64,000 bases of DNA, taken from positions 32,001-96,000 of the forward strand of contig JBHLKM010000001.1 of the NCBI GenBank assembly GCA_048886685.1, given 5' to 3'. Below the pieces are notes generated by a model. The model had not been told where the DNA came from and ran no database searches. It saw only the letters and a program-made list of their open reading frames with translations. The stretch is from Candidatus Hodarchaeota archaeon. GTDB taxonomy: Archaea; Asgardarchaeota; Lokiarchaeia; Sigyniarchaeales; SOKP01. Positions within the stretch are counted from its first letter, which is position 1, and every line of letters starts with the position of its first letter. A program made the translations under genes and the position numbers. Positions 1-9,732 of this stretch are shown here, piece after piece.

Positions 1-130
1 ATAAAATAGAGCTAATATTATGGTATATTTAAGTTTCTCTCCAAATTCGTATTTACTAAATTCTTAATAATTTTGGGTAATTAGAGAACTTAAAGTGAAT
101 GAATTTAATTCAATAAACTAATCCTTCTTA

Positions 131-2221
131 TTGAAAAGAATGCGTAATTTTTTTGAATTGTTAGAAAATAGAATTGGTTTTTCTAGAATAGGTCGGATGA
201 ATTTATCTAAAGAGAAGAAGCTATACATAAGAACACCAAATGTTACTATCCCAATTAAAAATGTTTTAATGAAACAATTTAGTTTTATACAGGAATTTGA
301 AGATCATGAACTATTTATTATTTCTAAAGAGATCTTCTTAAAAATCGGATTTCTAAGAGAAAAATTTAAAGATACTGGTTTCGTTTTTTCACACCCAGGA
401 ACTTTGGAAAAATTTGAAGATATTTTACAAAAGAATTTAGAAATTTTCATAGAAGATAATATCCTATCAATTGTTCCCTTCAATATTCCCACTACCACGA
501 TAGGTAAGGATTTTGCGAAGAAAGAGATTAATAATTACCTCAATAATGTCACCAGAATATTGGAAAGCCATCCCAACATTAATTTTGGACTGTCAATAAG
601 ACTATTTGATTATTCAGAATTAATAGATTTGTATTTCCCTATAATTGAAGGAAACGAAAATATAAAAATCCTAAATCTCGTTGGAATTTTTGATAATTTT
701 GGCAATTTTAGGAATATTATTAACACGATTATAAAAATAAAAAACAATTTAGATAATAATCTTGTTATAATGGCCTCTGGTAGGATAATTCCAAAATTTT
801 ACCCCATATTGGTTTATTTAGGAGTAGATCTAATTGATTCTACCTATTTGTTATATTTATCGGCGGAAAATTTCTATGATACGATAGAATATTTACTCCC
901 CATTTATAAAGTTAAGTATTTACCTTGTTCTTGTGTAGCTTGTAAAGGAAATTTAAAAAAATTATATGAGGTGAAACACTCACCAGAAAAAATCGACTTA
1001 ATTTGCTTACATAACCTAATAACTGCAAATAATTATATGATGAAAATAAAACAATATCTTCAACATGAGGATTACCGTGCTTTTGTTGAAAAATCATCTC
1101 TTGACGCTACAACAATAATTTCTACCTTAAAAATCTTAGATAAAGAATTTTTTAACCTTATTAGATATGAGACTCCAATTACTCAAAAAGACAAGAAAAT
1201 TAAATGTTTTGGTCCTATTTCGTATAATCGTCCTGATTTTAGAGAATTCAGAGAAAGAGTTATAAATAATTTTGAACCAGAAGCCTGGACTACGTTAATC
1301 GTTTTACTTCCGTGCTCTGCGAAAAAGCCTTATTCTAGCTCTAAATCACATAAACTGTTCTATAGAGCAATCAGAAAATTCTCCGAATTTCCAAATTTTC
1401 AAGAAATAATTATAACTTCACCTCTTGGGGCAATTCCTAGACAGTTAGAAAATGTTTATCCGGTAAACTCGTATGATATTTCTGTTACCGGTGAATGGGA
1501 CAGTGAAGAAATACAAATCACTTCAGATATGCTTACAAACCTCTTGAAAAAATATAATCAATCGATCCCCATTATTTGTCATCTTGAAAGAGAGTACTAT
1601 AAAATTGTCAAAAAGGTTGAATCTAATTTACCTTATACCTTCTTTTTTTCAGATATTAAAGGTAAACCTACTTCAAAAGAATCTCTTGAGTCGCTTGAAA
1701 AATTAATTCATAAGCATAAGAATGATTTTATACCAGAAAAAAGGTTATTTAAAGGTGATTATTTACTAAAAACTTGGATACGAAAATTTAACAAAATTTT
1801 GGATTATCAATTCGGCATCGGAACAGGAGAGAAAGTAGTTACTGTTGATTTACAATTACGAAAAATTAAATCCTATTTTCAAATTGAATTAATAGATTAT
1901 AAGACGAAAGTAAAATTAGGAACATTTGACGCTGTAACAGGACAAATAAGTTTAACTATTACAGGTATGAATAAATTAGCTCAAAAACCATTTCCTATAC
2001 AATCAAATATTATAATTTTTGATGGTCAAGGTATTCAAGGAAATACCTTATTTCGAATAGGTGTTTTAGATTATAGTTTAAATCTAATCCCTAATAATCA
2101 CGTAATTATCATTGATAAAGAAAAAAGTAATATAATTGCAGTTGGAAGACTAATTGTTGGAACAAACTATATTAAAAATTCTAAAACTGGAAGAATAGTT
2201 GAAATTTATGAAAAAAATTAG
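131..2221 (+). CDS. arcS: Archaeosine synthase subunit alpha (TGT-like N-terminal domain, central domain, C-terminal PUA)
   Basis: TGT-like Zn motif CSCVAC...HN, the PCSAKKPYSSSKSH motif and a PUA-like C-terminus; overlaps the radical SAM gene. Confidence 0.85.
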   Translation: MKRMRNFFELLENRIGFSRIGRMNLSKEKKLYIRTPNVTIPIKNVLMKQFSFIQEFEDHELFIISKEIFLKIGFLREKFKDTGFVFSHPGTLEKFEDILQKNLEIFIEDNILSIVPFNIPTTTIGKDFAKKEINNYLNNVTRILESHPNINFGLSIRLFDYSELIDLYFPIIEGNENIKILNLVGIFDNFGNFRNIINTIIKIKNNLDNNLVIMASGRIIPKFYPILVYLGVDLIDSTYLLYLSAENFYDTIEYLLPIYKVKYLPCSCVACKGNLKKLYEVKHSPEKIDLICLHNLITANNYMMKIKQYLQHEDYRAFVEKSSLDATTIISTLKILDKEFFNLIRYETPITQKDKKIKCFGPISYNRPDFREFRERVINNFEPEAWTTLIVLLPCSAKKPYSSSKSHKLFYRAIRKFSEFPNFQEIIITSPLGAIPRQLENVYPVNSYDISVTGEWDSEEIQITSDMLTNLLKKYNQSIPIICHLEREYYKIVKKVESNLPYTFFFSDIKGKPTSKESLESLEKLIHKHKNDFIPEKRLFKGDYLLKTWIRKFNKILDYQFGIGTGEKVVTVDLQLRKIKSYFQIELIDYKTKVKLGTFDAVTGQISLTITGMNKLAQKPFPIQSNIIIFDGQGIQGNTLFRIGVLDYSLNLIPNNHVIIIDKEKSNIIAVGRLIVGTNYIKNSKTGRIVEIYEKN

Positions 2222-3308
2222 CATTCCTATTGAACTTGATTCACACTTTATAGAGAGAATAAAATCTATAAGGCAAAATTCTTTAAATAAAAGAAAAAGT
2301 AGGAGTACATTACAATTAGAACGCCCTATTAGTTTTTGGATAAAAAAAGACAGGCTGTTTAATGAAATAGGAAAGGAATTTACCATTATTCTAGGGACAA
2401 AAGGATGTAGTTGGTCATTAGGTGAATCTGGTGGATGTAGTATGTGTGGATATATACAAGATACGATTATTGAAGATATTAATCAAAACCAAATTATAAC
2501 ACAATTTGATTATGCATTTAATAAGAAAATTGGAGAAATTATAAATGATAATAAGAATTATATCATAAAAATATTTAATTCTGGAAGTTTTTTTGATGAT
2601 AACGAGATATCTGATAAAGTTAGAAGTCATATATATGAAAAAGTTGCTGACATTGATAATTTAAAAGAGTTTGTTATAGAGAGTCGAATAGAATATATAA
2701 ATTCTGAAAAATTGAAAAATTTAAAAGAGAGTCTTAAAGAAAAACAGATTGAGATTGCTATAGGCCTCGAAACTGTAAACGATTATATCAGGAACCATTA
2801 TATCAATAAAGGGATGTTATTTAATGATTTTAAAAATATATTGAAAAAATGTAAAGAAAATAATATTGGTGTGAAGACTTATCTATTGTTGAAACCACCC
2901 TTTCTAAATGAGCAAGGAGCAATTGATGATTGTATTAACTCTATTACTAACTTAATAAAAATAAAAGTGAACACAATATCAATTAATCCAGTAAACATTC
3001 AAAAAGGAACTCTAGCAGAATATCTATATCTGCAAAATAGATACAGACCTCCATGGTATTATTCACTTTTCAAAGTCTTAAAAAAATCTATAGATCGAGA
3101 AGATTTAAATCGTATAAGAATATTATCGGATCCATCGGGAGCAGGAACTAAAAGAGGGATTCATAACTGTTTAAAAAGTGAATGTGAAACCTCTGCTAAA
3201 AAAACACTTAGAAATTTTGTACTTTCTCAAGATTTAACTACTTTAGAGCATTCGGAATTCGAATGTGAATGCAAAAAACAATACCAATTTGAGAAGCAAT
3301 TTCACTAA
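2199..3308 (+). CDS. Archaeosine biosynthesis radical SAM protein (RaSEA); start may be the ATG at 2208
   Basis: GCSW...GCSMCGY radical SAM-type motif, KIFNSGSF, GLET and YRPPW; adjacent to arcS. Confidence 0.85.
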   Translation: MKFMKKISIPIELDSHFIERIKSIRQNSLNKRKSRSTLQLERPISFWIKKDRLFNEIGKEFTIILGTKGCSWSLGESGGCSMCGYIQDTIIEDINQNQIITQFDYAFNKKIGEIINDNKNYIIKIFNSGSFFDDNEISDKVRSHIYEKVADIDNLKEFVIESRIEYINSEKLKNLKESLKEKQIEIAIGLETVNDYIRNHYINKGMLFNDFKNILKKCKENNIGVKTYLLLKPPFLNEQGAIDDCINSITNLIKIKVNTISINPVNIQKGTLAEYLYLQNRYRPPWYYSLFKVLKKSIDREDLNRIRILSDPSGAGTKRGIHNCLKSECETSAKKTLRNFVLSQDLTTLEHSEFECECKKQYQFEKQFH

Positions 3309-3546
3309 ATTACATTAATGATTGTAAAAAGCTCGATTTTAAGATATTACACAATTCTTTTTGATTTAATTAAGATTAATTTATTATTTGTTTAAAAAGT
3401 TCATTCTAAATTAAGGGTACTTTGATTTGAGAAGACTATTAAATTCTTTAATGTCTTAATTGCCATTTTTGTAAGAAAAACCATTATGTTTAAATATTAA
3501 CCACCATCTTTTATTTTAATTTTCAACCCCCAAGTAAGGGAATCTC

Positions 3547-3798
3547 TTGAAAAAAAACTGGGTTAAATTAAATCTATTCTACATTGGAAAATCGAAAAAA
3601 CATCAAATTTTTCGAGCAAAACAATGGAATAGAAACTTAGAAAAAATACTTAAACAACCAGTTTATAATGAAAAATATGAAAAAATCGGTCATATTAAGG
3701 ATATATTTGGTCCAATTACCTTGCCTTTCATTTCAATCAAAACCTTACCTAACCAATTATTTGATCCCAATGTAAAGGTGTATACTAAACTAGCCTAG
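3547..3798 (+). CDS. gar1: Gar1/Naf1 family H/ACA RNP component
   Basis: VYNEKYEKIGHIKDIFGP motif; typical archaeal position upstream of tfb. Confidence 0.75.
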   Translation: MKKNWVKLNLFYIGKSKKHQIFRAKQWNRNLEKILKQPVYNEKYEKIGHIKDIFGPITLPFISIKTLPNQLFDPNVKVYTKLA

Positions 3799-3869
3799 TT
3801 CTCAAAAAAGTTTTTTGAAATAAAAGAATAATGTTAAAGAAGGTGTAATTTATTTCAAGTTGGAGAGAA

Positions 3870-4820
3870 TTGAAACCAGAATCAGATGAAATATTGAGTA
3901 TGCAGACTAATCTGTGTACAGAATGCGGGAACACTATATTCTTCGATGAAAACAGAGGTCTATTAGTTTGTGAAGAATGTGGTTTAGTCCATTCTGAGAA
4001 ACATATTGATAGGGGTCCGGAATGGAGGGCTTTTGATGCAGATCAAAAAAAGAAGAGAACCAGAACTGGAGCACCTATGACATATATGATACACGACAAA
4101 GGTCTTAGCACTATGATAGACTGGAAAAATAGAGATATTTTTGGTAAGGAAATACCTGCTAAATTGAGAGGTCAAATATATAGACTTCGAAAGTGGCAAA
4201 GTCGTATTAGAGTCTCTGATGCTACTGAGAGAAACCTTACATTTGCACTAAGTGAACTTGATAGAATGGCTTCAAACTTAGATCTTCAAAAAAATTTGAG
4301 AGAATGTGCGGCAAAAGTTTATCGCGATGCTGTTGAGGCTCATCTTATTCGTGGTAGAAGTATTGAAGGTGTAGCTGCTGCTAGTTTATATGCTGCATGT
4401 AGAATGTTTAAAGTACCACGTACTTTAAACGAGATTGCAGAAGTTGCTCGAGTAGATAAAAAGGAGATAAGTAGATCCTTTCGATTTATTTCTAATGAGT
4501 TAGAGTTGAACTTAAATCCAACCAAACCAATTGATTTTCTTACTAGGTTCATTTCTGAATTAGAACTAACCACTAACTGCCATAAAATGGCAAAAGCAAT
4601 TATTAGAATGGCAGAGAGACGAGGATTAACTTCGGGAAGAGGGCCTACAGGAGTATGTGCAGCTGCTATTTATGCTTCAAGTATTATAACAAACGAACGT
4701 AGAACTCAGAGAAGTATTGCTCGAGTTAGTTGCGTGACTGAAGTTACCGTCCGAAATCGCTTTAGCGAACTTGTTGAGAATCTAAATCTTGGCATATCTT
4801 TAAAGAGGAATCATAAATAA
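3870..4820 (+). CDS. tfb: Transcription initiation factor IIB
   Basis: Zn ribbon CTEC...CEECG, GPEWRAF B-finger, and two cyclin repeats ([21 protein letters not shown]). Confidence 0.97.
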   Translation: MKPESDEILSMQTNLCTECGNTIFFDENRGLLVCEECGLVHSEKHIDRGPEWRAFDADQKKKRTRTGAPMTYMIHDKGLSTMIDWKNRDIFGKEIPAKLRGQIYRLRKWQSRIRVSDATERNLTFALSELDRMASNLDLQKNLRECAAKVYRDAVEAHLIRGRSIEGVAAASLYAACRMFKVPRTLNEIAEVARVDKKEISRSFRFISNELELNLNPTKPIDFLTRFISELELTTNCHKMAKAIIRMAERRGLTSGRGPTGVCAAAIYASSIITNERRTQRSIARVSCVTEVTVRNRFSELVENLNLGISLKRNHK

Positions 4821-5000
4821 AAGCTAATATAAAATAGGATAAAAAGGGAAGGCTCAGTTTAAAGCAATGTTTTAATTTCTTTTTTTCATATTCATTTTGA
4901 ATCTTAAAGGTAACATCTTCATATTATAACATTTAATGTTCTACTATTTTCATAATTATCTTAACGATTTGATAAAATTGATAGGTTAGGTGTTATAAAA

Positions 5001-5336
5001 TTGGGTAATATATTAAATCAGGATGAAGTTAATTACTTCTTATATAGAGTGGAAAAAAATTTCCCTAATTTTGTAGCAGGAATTATCACTGATAAACATG
5101 GATTCTCAATCGGTTCGAAAATATCAAAAAAATTATGGGTACTGGAAAACACTTTGGCACTATCAGCAATCACAAGAAAAAGTGACTTTATAGAAGATTC
5201 AAAATTAATCCAAATAAAGCGTGATTTAGATAAGGATAAAAACTATAAGTTATTGGTTTTACTCGAGAAATCAAGAGATTACAAAAGTCGTTTAAAGCCA
5301 CTGAAAAATCTAATTAAAGCACAAGACCTTTTCTAG
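5001..5336 (+). CDS. Divergent roadblock-like small protein
   Basis: N-terminal helix followed by VAGIITDKHGFSIGS, resembling the roadblock beta-hairpin; adjacent to a clear roadblock gene. Confidence 0.5.
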   Translation: MGNILNQDEVNYFLYRVEKNFPNFVAGIITDKHGFSIGSKISKKLWVLENTLALSAITRKSDFIEDSKLIQIKRDLDKDKNYKLLVLLEKSRDYKSRLKPLKNLIKAQDLF

Positions 5337-5545
5337 AGTTTTAAAATAAAAGAAATTAAGAAAAACTGTTTTTTATTGCGAGCAGTAGAAAAACCATTAG
5401 TTTACTTAAATTTTTATACAATTAATTTCTTCTAATACTAAAATAGGTATGAGCTAAAAATATAAAGTTAAGTTTAAATAGCTATTTTTATAAATTAAAA
5501 GCGACCGTTAATTAAAGATATAATAGTTTATAGGTTGACTGATGT

Positions 5546-6016
5546 TTGAGTTATTCTGAAGATGAGATTAAATTAAAGAGAATGCTTAGTACTATTATAA
5601 ATAGTACTCCTGGATTGAAGTATGCTATCTTAACTGATGACACTGGAATAACTATTATGAGTCAATCAAAATTTACTTTTTCTGAGAAAGATAAAATTTC
5701 AGTAGAGAAAATTGGTGCGATAGGGGGAGCAGTTTTTATTGCTGGTGAGGAACAGGGTCATATCCTTGGATATGGAAACATATCATTACAAATTACTGAA
5801 TATTTCGAAGGAATGATATTCTCAATGAAAGTTGGTAAAGGAGTATTATGTATAAGTACGGATAAGAGAGTTCAAATTGGATTTATTATTGCTACGATGA
5901 AAAAATGGGCTCCAAAAATCACAATGGTCTTAAATCGATATTTACAAGATGACCAAGAAGAAATGAGTAAAGAAATTAAAGATTTATTTAGATCTGATAT
6001 TGTTGGGCCATTATAA
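5546..6016 (+). CDS. Roadblock/LC7 (MglB-like) domain protein
   Basis: YAILTDDTGITIMS...IGAIGGAVF...LGYGNISLQITEYFEG roadblock pattern. Confidence 0.85.
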   Translation: MSYSEDEIKLKRMLSTIINSTPGLKYAILTDDTGITIMSQSKFTFSEKDKISVEKIGAIGGAVFIAGEEQGHILGYGNISLQITEYFEGMIFSMKVGKGVLCISTDKRVQIGFIIATMKKWAPKITMVLNRYLQDDQEEMSKEIKDLFRSDIVGPL

Positions 6017-6043
6017 CTATACAATCTAATAAATTTATGGTGA

Positions 6044-6544
6044 ATTGTCATCCATTTAGTATTAACTTACTTTAATCAGATATTAGGTCCGAGTGTGTTA
6101 TTGTCATATCCAGATAAAATGCTAGAAGAAGCCCTAATAGAGAAATTAAAGAAGTTTTTTGATTTAGAAATAGATGAAACCTTTTTTGAAATCGTCCTCA
6201 TTACAAAGAAAAAGAAAATCATCAATTTCCATTTTGAAGTTCCTTCTGAGTGGGCGCGCGGGAAAAAGGAAGATGCTATGCTCTCCCTAATAGTAAAGAA
6301 AGAGTATGAAAGTTCACAATTTTACGCCTTTCTTGTTGATTCCTCTTATAAAATCCTTAAAACTGAAAGAGTATACAAAGCTTTTTATAAAGACGATGAA
6401 TTTTATGATAACGACATTGAAATTGATATGACGTATGAAATAATAAGAAAAATTCTTTTTAATTGTGTGTCAAGTCTAATTATGCGAATTGAAGATAAAA
6501 TTAAAGGAATAGATAAGAAAGAACCATTTCCTTTCTCTTCGTAA
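6044..6544 (+). CDS. Longin/uDENN-like hypothetical protein; real start probably ATT 6044 or ATC 6050, upstream of the track's 6095
   Basis: In-frame extension IVIHLVLTYFNQILGPSVLLSYP after a GGTGA SD-like motif; the F-x3-GP-x5-P pattern is typical of uDENN/longin N-termini. Confidence 0.55.
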   Translation: MVIHLVLTYFNQILGPSVLLSYPDKMLEEALIEKLKKFFDLEIDETFFEIVLITKKKKIINFHFEVPSEWARGKKEDAMLSLIVKKEYESSQFYAFLVDSSYKILKTERVYKAFYKDDEFYDNDIEIDMTYEIIRKILFNCVSSLIMRIEDKIKGIDKKEPFPFSS

Positions 6545-6545
6545 T

Positions 6546-6560
6546 AAAAATCTTTATAAC
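6546..6560 (+). promoter_or_regulatory. BRE/TATA-like promoter upstream of the candidate ncRNA
   Basis: A-run followed by TTTATAA (6553-6559), about 24 nt before GGGAGAAC at 6583. Confidence 0.45.
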
Positions 6561-6582
6561 TTTATTTTCCTATTATAATAAT

Positions 6583-6820
6583 GGGAGAACGATGATGGAA
6601 TAAACCGCGTGTTCGAGGACTCATACGACTAAAAAATGAATATGCAGTGCAAAGTGACGCGAAAATTCGGAGTTAATTAGTCAATTATAATCCTGTACAA
6701 GGCGGCTCTAAGTTTAGCAAAGGTGGATACCAAAGCGATGAACCTTGAGTCAGTACGCAGGAGACATGATTATGTTCCCAAAAGTGCATAGAGAATATTG
6801 CCTAGCACGAGAGAACATAT
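6583..6820 (+). ncRNA. Candidate structured non-coding RNA of unknown family
   Basis: GC-enriched island between convergent genes, no ORF, upstream TATA, and nested helices (GAAC/GTTC, GCGT/ACGC, GACTCA/TGAGTC, GACTAA/TTAGTC, GTGCATAG/CTAGCAC). Confidence 0.55.
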
Positions 6821-6868
6821 TTGATTTTAAAGGTATTTCCTTAAAATGAGAATATAGAGTTAGTGTTT

Positions 6869-7660
6869 CTAGGCTAAATCTATGCCATTTTTAACTATTT
6901 TCTCAGTTTTCTTCCCTTTTTTAATTAATGAGAGAAGATTATCATATGATCCTAGTAATACTTTAATATTTGAATTCTTTAAACCTTCATGAGGAGTGCC
7001 TTCATACACGATATTGCCTTCATGTAAAACCAATATTTTTTCTGCCCAATTTTCAACGAAAAATAGGTTGTGTGTAGTAAAGAAAATTGTAATTTGATTT
7101 TCTTTCCTTAATTTCTCAATAATTCTTAAGTGATTATATATTGATTTAAAATCAAGATTAGCAAAGGGTTCGTCTAAAATTAGCAAATTAGGTTTCATTA
7201 CCAAGACTCCTGCTAATGCTGCTCTCTTTTTTTGCCCCCATGAAAGGTTAAATGGTGAATAATTTCTATAATCTTCTAAATCAACTGCTTTCAATGCCCA
7301 GTCAACTCTTTGCTTTACTTGATCTTCTCCAAGTTTTAAGTTTCTTGCTCCAAAGCTGATATCTTCTTCTATTGTTGGCGCAAAAAGTTGATCATCGGGA
7401 TTTTGAAATAAAAAACCGACCGATTGTCTAATTTCCCATAAATCTCGTTTATTTCTTGTAACATTCTTCTCAAAAATCCTAATTGTACCAGATTTAGGTT
7501 TCAATAATCCTACCAATAATCTCAATAACGTTGTTTTACCTGAACCATTATTTCCTGTTAAAGCATAAATTGCGTTGTTTTCGATTTTAAAAGAAAGATT
7601 ATTAATTTCAAATCCATTATTATAACTGAAATTTAGATTTTCAACTTCTACGGCAAAAAT
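6869..7660 (-). CDS. cbiO: ECF transporter ATPase CbiO; start extended to ATT at 7660
   Basis: FQNPDDQLF, LSWGQKKR and LILDEP motifs; Walker A GNNGSGKTT lies in frame upstream of the track's start at 7525. Confidence 0.88.
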   Translation of the reverse strand: MFAVEVENLNFSYNNGFEINNLSFKIENNAIYALTGNNGSGKTTLLRLLVGLLKPKSGTIRIFEKNVTRNKRDLWEIRQSVGFLFQNPDDQLFAPTIEEDISFGARNLKLGEDQVKQRVDWALKAVDLEDYRNYSPFNLSWGQKKRAALAGVLVMKPNLLILDEPFANLDFKSIYNHLRIIEKLRKENQITIFFTTHNLFFVENWAEKILVLHEGNIVYEGTPHEGLKNSNIKVLLGSYDNLLSLIKKGKKTEKIVKNGIDLA

Positions 7661-8451
7661 AAGGTAATTACACCTTGATATATTAATTGCAAATTTAATA
7701 TAAAAACCATAAAAACTATGATTAAACTGAAAAGAGTAAAAAAACTCAAATCAATTAATTTAAATTTTTTTGAAGCAAATGTTATTTTTCCTGTAAAACC
7801 TCGCATTTTCAAACTCTCGTACAGTTTTTCGCTTCTCTCCATATTTATTACAATACTCTTCCCCATGATATAAGCATGAGTTTTTAATTTTTGACGATAA
7901 GTGGCAATATTTTTTCCACGCATTTCTTGTGCTTCTAGTATTTTTCTGTTAGATTTTGCTAAGATTGGAATATAATGCAACATAATTATTAAGGATCCTA
8001 CAAAAATGGAAGGAATTCTTAATTTTGTTAAAGCTTCTATGAATTCAGAATAAGTTAAAGTTGAGAAAAAGGATATTAATATAAATAATGTTCCAAGAAC
8101 TCTTAAAAATATTAGAGAAGCTAGAAGTAGTCCTTCTTTGAAAATTTTTATTGTAATTCCTATATTAAATTGATAAAGTACAATATCACCAAGATATAAA
8201 GGAATGAAAAAAGTAAGAAAAAATACAAAGGGAATGACTATTTTTAATCTTGAAAGTATTTCCTTTATGTTTAATCTAAAGATTATATCAATAATTAAAA
8301 CAACTAGTATAAGAGAAATTATCAGATATAAATCATCTATAATAATAAAAGGTACTACAATGATAAACGGTAAAATTAAACGAGTTAAAGGATGACTTTT
8401 TTTTAAATAAATTTTTTCATTTTCAAGTCTAAAGGGCAAGTATGTCTTCAA
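7648..8451 (-). CDS. cbiQ: ECF transporter transmembrane T component CbiQ
   Basis: Hydrophobic, with AQEMRG and SLKMRGF conserved Arg motifs; overlaps cbiO. Confidence 0.88.
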   Translation of the reverse strand: MKTYLPFRLENEKIYLKKSHPLTRLILPFIIVVPFIIIDDLYLIISLILVVLIIDIIFRLNIKEILSRLKIVIPFVFFLTFFIPLYLGDIVLYQFNIGITIKIFKEGLLLASLIFLRVLGTLFILISFFSTLTYSEFIEALTKLRIPSIFVGSLIIMLHYIPILAKSNRKILEAQEMRGKNIATYRQKLKTHAYIMGKSIVINMERSEKLYESLKMRGFTGKITFASKKFKLIDLSFFTLFSLIIVFMVFILNLQLIYQGVITLFLP

Positions 8452-8517
8452 AATTTAATCAACTTAACAGAGAATTTAAACAATTTATTCTATTCTTTCA
8501 TACTATTTTTTAAAAAA

Positions 8518-8577
8518 GTAATATTTAATAATTTTCATACTTTTTTATAATTCAGTAACATTCTAATTTATCATTAC
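8518..8577. promoter_or_regulatory. Two tandem 23-bp pseudo-palindromes, candidate NikR-type operators
   Basis: GTAATA-N11-TCATAC (8518-8540) and GTAACA-N11-CATTAC (8555-8577) between divergent cbiQ and cbiM. Confidence 0.35.
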
Positions 8578-8605
8578 AAAAAAAAATAACTTTTTTGTTT
8601 TAAAA

Positions 8606-9625
8606 ATGCATCTACCAGATGGTTTATTAAATCCGACAACATTAATTTTCCTATGGGTCATTGTTATAGCGGTTATGATTCTAGGATATTTTAAAATTGG
8701 AAAAATCTTTGAGAAAGAAGATTCTGAAAAATTAATTCCCTACATTGGAGTTTTAGCAGCAGTTATTTTTGCATTTCAATTTGTAAATTATCCTGTCCCT
8801 GGAGGAACTTCTGGTCATTTAATTGGAGGAACCCTTATTGCTGTTATATTAGGACCATGGGCTTCTGTTATAATTCTTTTCTTGGTTCTAGTTGTACAGA
8901 GTCTATTTGGTGATGGGGGAATTATTGCCTTAGGACCGAATGCTTTCAATATGGGAATAATTGGTGGAATTTTTGGGTTTTATATTGTTGTATTTTTAGT
9001 GAAAATCTTAAATAAAACAGCTATCAGAAAAGAATTAAAAGTTTCTATTGCAACGGCAATTGGTGCATATATTTCTATATTATTGGCAGCTCTTATATGT
9101 GGGATTGAAATAGGTTTTTCTGGGGCGGTCCCCATTAAAATCGCTATTCCCGCAATGGTTTATTGGCATCTCTTTATTGGTATTGGTGAGGCAATAATAT
9201 CCGCATTAATTATATCGTATATATATAGAGTAAAACCAGATTTTATTACAACAGAATCAATAATGATGAAAAAAATGAGACTTATTAATATTTCAAAATA
9301 TAGAAGACCGATTATTTCAATAATAGCCTTAACTGGAACATTGACGTTAATGATTGCGGTGGGATTCACTATTGGAATATTATCTAGTGGCCCAGACGGA
9401 TTAGAACGCGTATTAATCGATCAAAATGGTGAATCATGGTTAGATAATTTAGTTTCTCCCTGGTTACCTATTTTCGGTTGGATTACAAACGATTACGGTG
9501 CTGCAATTTTAGGTATTGTTATCTCTGTAGTTCTAATGTCTTCTACATTCTACTTGATCATTAGATATAAAAAAAACAATACCATTAAATCTTTAGATTC
9601 TCATGATGCACCGAAGAAAGTATAA
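8606..9625 (+). CDS. cbiM: Co/Ni ECF S component CbiM/NikM fused to a PDGLE (NikN-like) domain
   Basis: N-terminal MHLPDG, GTSGHLIGG, GDGG and a C-terminal PDGLE. Confidence 0.92.
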   Translation: MHLPDGLLNPTTLIFLWVIVIAVMILGYFKIGKIFEKEDSEKLIPYIGVLAAVIFAFQFVNYPVPGGTSGHLIGGTLIAVILGPWASVIILFLVLVVQSLFGDGGIIALGPNAFNMGIIGGIFGFYIVVFLVKILNKTAIRKELKVSIATAIGAYISILLAALICGIEIGFSGAVPIKIAIPAMVYWHLFIGIGEAIISALIISYIYRVKPDFITTESIMMKKMRLINISKYRRPIISIIALTGTLTLMIAVGFTIGILSSGPDGLERVLIDQNGESWLDNLVSPWLPIFGWITNDYGAAILGIVISVVLMSSTFYLIIRYKKNNTIKSLDSHDAPKKV

Positions 9626-9732
9626 ATATATTTGCTAAGTTATGAATCTATTTTTAAATTAGAGTCTAGTATTTAATATGAAAATGTCTAAATTATTTTA
9701 TAAGAAAATTCATGATAATAATATAAAATATA

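Noticed and set aside
131-4820. arcS-RaSEA-gar1-tfb cluster as a novel system
   Set aside because: The ArcS/RaSEA archaeosine pathway and gar1-tfb linkage are established archaeal features
6581-6676. Short ORF MGER*WNKPRVRG... read through a TGA
   Set aside because: Only ~31 codons with no recognisable motif; the base-pairing pattern explains the region better
6583-6820. Assignment as RNase P RNA, SRP RNA, tRNA or tmRNA
   Set aside because: No GAGGAAAGUCC-type P4 strand, no SRP helix-8 consensus and no T-loop/cloverleaf on either strand
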